Shown here: positions 61,176 through 64,000 of the stretch, in pieces
How positions within the stretch are numbered: the stretch's first letter is position 1
Layout: the number at the start of each line of letters is the position of its first letter
Origin: Orbicella franksi
Taxonomy: Eukaryota
Direction: 5' to 3'
Assembly: GCA_964199315.1 (NCBI GenBank)
Contig: OZ116702.1
Coordinates: 16,678,001 to 16,742,000, forward strand
Length of the DNA: 64,000 nt
Notes under the pieces: generated by a model
Databases searched by the model: none
Told to the model about the DNA's origin: nothing
Seen by the model: only the letters and a program-made list of their open reading frames with translations
Position numbers and translations under genes: made by a program

Positions 61176-61445
61176 TTGCACTTGACATTTATGGCGTAAT
61201 TAGTGTGTTATCACTTGGTGGCTATTGTTATACCACATTAGTGTGCCCAACACACCAGGCCATTAAAGGACAATAGTCCTCTTGAAATGTCTTGGATTGT
61301 TTTTACAGTATTGCACTTGACATTATGGCGTAATTAGTGTGTTATCACCTGGCAGCTATTGTTTAACTGCATTAGTGTGCCCAACACACTCAGGCCATTA
61401 TAGGACAACTGTCCTTTTTGAAATGTCTCAGATTGTTGGTTTTGT
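61176..61445 (+). repeat. 135-bp tandem duplication (plus a partial third copy) between SGNH and gag
   Basis: TTGCACTTGACATT..GTGCCCAACAC..GAAATGTC units start at 61176 and 61311; a remnant lies at ~61465-61520. Confidence 0.88.
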
Positions 61446-61678
61446 TATGTTGCCTGCTTCCATGTGTACTTGACATTCGTTGGCTTTCACGTAAGCCTTT
61501 ACTAAATGTCTCGGATTTGTTTGTGCCATTTTGATTTCAACATATTAATCACCCTTGGCTCATTGGCTATAGTGTTTCCAGCCTGCTAAGACAAGGGGAG
61601 TACACCCACTAGGTTTGAGCTTCACAGCGTCTTAATCTAATCTACGTTTCAGTAATATAATTTCAATTTTTCATATAC

Positions 61679-62210
61679 ATGCCTCCTAAACGAGTCTCAA
61701 AGTGCCAGGCGTCAAAAAGTTCCACACATGCCATATCGGTGAAACAGCGCTGTTCAGAGCGAAAGTCTGCGTCCATGCCTAACAGCACGATGTCCACACC
61801 ACAGGTCAGTCCTACCACACTGAGTGAATTGATATCAAACACGATTTCTGGGGCCTTACAGTTAGCCGGCATTGGCACTCTCAACATCTCTCCTGCAGTT
61901 GGCGAACAGAGACCTAGTAATCAGTCCATGTCACAGTCCACCATGGTTGAAGATGCCACCTCAAAAGAGATTACAGATCTGACGAACACTGTGGCTGCGG
62001 GTAGGCTAACCTTTGCCCCCGAGAAACTGGATGGCACATTTTCCAGTGTCACTCTTGACCTTGAGTCTCACATCTCGGATCGTATCAAGGCAAGGATATG
62101 GGCAAAACGAATATGTTGATTTTGGGTCTCTCCTCTCTGTATCACCAGACGAGTCCAAATATCTGATCCCCAAATCTGAAGAGCGCCATGGACAATCCTA
62201 CTAGCGTGAA
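61679..62210 (+). pseudogene. gag: Ngaro gag-like ORF1, frameshifted and C-terminally deleted
   Basis: Low-complexity N-terminus, then LDLESHISDRIKARIW/NEYVDFGSLL, typical of YR-retroelement ORF1. Joins abruptly to the RT near 62220. Confidence 0.6.
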
Positions 62211-62219
62211 TGATAAGTT

Positions 62220-63615
62220 GTCAAAGAGCTCGCAGCAGGCAGAATTGTAGGTCCGTATGATACTCCTCCCTTTGAAACTTTCAGGGTATCACCCCTAGGC
62301 ATCGTTCCCAAAGAGTTGACAGGAGAATTTAGGTTAATTCATCATTTGTCTTACCCAGAGGGGTTATCTGTTAGTGATGGTATTCCTAAAGAGTTAGCCA
62401 CCGTAAGATATACCACCATCGACAATGCTGTTAGGCTCATTAAAGCAATAGGACAGGGCTGTTTTCTGGCTAAGACAGACATTAAATCCGCTTTTCGTAT
62501 CATTCCCGTAGCCCCTGCGATTTTCCATTGCTCAGGATGGAATGGCAAGGGAAATTCTACTTTGACAAATGCCTTCCCATGGGGTGCTCGTCATCGTGCA
62601 ATATATGTGAATCATTCAGCACTGCGTTAGAATGGATCGCTAAATATAGACTGCATGTGTCGTCAGTCATCCATATTTTAGATGACTTCTTATTTATTGG
62701 GCATTCGGAGGCAAAATGTCAGGTAGATCTTGATAATTTTCTTTGCGTTTGCCGTTGCATAGGCGTTCCAATAGCCAATGAGAAAACTATGGGCCCCACC
62801 AATGCTCTGCATTTCGCAGGGATCACCCTAGATACGGCATTGATGGAGGCTTGTCTTCCAGAGGACAAGCTTGCCAAATGCCGTACCTAGTTGGCAGATT
62901 TTTGCTCTCGTAAAAGCGTCACGCTGAAAGAGAAACAATCTTTAATAGGGCTCTTCAATTTTGCCGGCTGCGTTGTGGTTCCCAGGCGTGCTTTTCTGCG
63001 CCATTTGATAGACTTGACCAAAGGTATCCGGAAACCCACACATCACGTCCGATTAACCCAGGAATGTAAACACGATCTCAACATCTGGCGTGAATTTTTG
63101 AGTGTGTACAATGGCAAATCCTTTTTCCTCGGATCGCGATGGGCCACTTCCCAAAACCTCAATTTATTTACAGACACGGCAGGTTCCTTGGGTTACGCCA
63201 CAGTATTTGACACACATTGGTGTTTTGGAGAGTGGCCCGCCACTTGGAAAGAACTCAATATTATTCTATTATTATATTACTCTTTCCAATTGTCGTGGCG
63301 CTTGAGATTTGGGGACGGCTTACGCATGACAAATGTATTGTTTTCTTTTCGGATAATCAGGCAGTTGTTGATATAATCAATAAGCAAACTTCTAAAGTTC
63401 GTTCAGTTATGGCTTTACTTAGACACTTTGTTCTCTGCACTCTTAAATACAATATTTCGTTTCACACTAAGCACATCGCTGGTCGCGTTAACTGCAAGAG
63501 CAATGCTTTATCTCGCTTACAGGTAGAGACATTCAGATTACTAGCGCGTTACGCAGACAAACAACTGATGCCGGTTCCACCAGACTTGGTACCCAACAAC
63601 TGGCGCATCACTTGA
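62220..63615 (+). pseudogene. pol: Ngaro RT-RNase H
   Basis: GPYDTPPFETFRVSPLGIVPK..; ORF pieces 62316-62630, 62528-62890, 62891-63376 and 63217-63615. Confidence 0.92.
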
Positions 63616-64000
63616 ATGACCTTCTGCACTCAGTCATTACCAAGGGTTTGCATAAGACTTACCAAAGAGCTTGGGCAACATATGTCGATTTTTCATCTGA
63701 ATTTTGCGAGTCGTGTGCCTCGCTCCTTCCGGTCTTGGTAAACAATCTAGCATTGTTTATATCATATCGATCAGCGAGGAAGTTTGCCTCCTCGACAATC
63801 TCGACATGTCTCCGCGTTAAGTTACGTTCACAAGTTAACTAATTTTCCTGATCCCACTAAACAGTTTTCAGTGCAGAAGATTCTAGCGGCTCACAGTAAG
63901 CTATACTCTTCACCAGATGTTCGACTTCCAATAACACATAACGTGTTGCAACAATTAGTGCTCGCATTAGATCATACCAAGTCATCAGCTTATCAAAGGC
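63612..64000 (+). pseudogene. Ngaro tyrosine recombinase, N-terminal (SAM-like) part; truncated by the window edge
   Basis: ..KTYQRAWATY..LALFISY..FASSTI.., then (frameshift) DPTKQFSVQKIL..DVRLPITHNVLQQL. Confidence 0.8.

Larger units (their letters stand above)
60150..64000 (+). mobile_element. Ngaro-type tyrosine-recombinase retrotransposon (SGNH, gag, RT/RH, YR); 3' end outside the window; 5' boundary approximate
   Basis: RT with RLIHHLSYP, KTDIKSAFR, LPMGCSSS and ILDDF. RNase H with FTD, SDN and NALSR, no methyltransferase. YR ORF starts overlapping the RH stop. Confidence 0.85.

Noticed and set aside
62220-64000. DIRS1-type element
   Set aside because: No DNA N6-adenine methyltransferase domain after RNase H and no inverted terminal repeat seen; the RLIHHLS motif and SGNH association fit Ngaro better.

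Overview
This is an AT-rich eukaryotic window almost entirely made of nested, mostly decayed transposable elements. The element families look like those of a cnidarian, probably a stony coral; this is inference from family content, not proof. I found no host housekeeping gene, rRNA, tRNA or CRISPR array. From left to right: (1) the 3' end of a Gypsy element, inserted in a BEL/Pao element, itself inserted in a Crypton-like tyrosine-recombinase gene (1-7655); (2) a compound tandem-repeat block; (3) a complete IS3EU transposon with TAC..ATA ends and a GGTATG TSD (11762-15496); (4) a Kolobok with a dead THAP-DDE transposase, an intact spliced KolX gene and a nested Kolobok MITE (~16850-22645); (5) a second Kolobok transposase split by a full-length Gypsy with an AGGCC TSD (24498-28937); (6) a Sola3-type element with ~1.1-kb TIRs and a TTAA TSD (34284-45350), whose left TIR holds a MITE nest and a complete ISL2EU element (38300-41682); (7) a CR1/L2-type LINE split by a solo LTR; (8) a BEN-domain pseudogene and a CMC-like transposase fragment; (9) a Penelope element with a candidate U3-A8 variant hammerhead ribozyme; (10) a Ngaro-type YR retrotransposon with an SGNH hydrolase ORF upstream of gag, running off the right edge. 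Four unrelated-looking TAGCCTG..CAGGCTA elements share 9-bp TSDs. Many in-frame stops are TGA at expected Arg codons, a CpG-decay signature. I cannot show a wholly new system from sequence alone. The best leads are the YR gene, the 5'-SGNH Ngaro, the variant hammerhead, the TAGCCTG family and the BEN/CMC pair. All family assignments come from recalled motifs; no database search was run.
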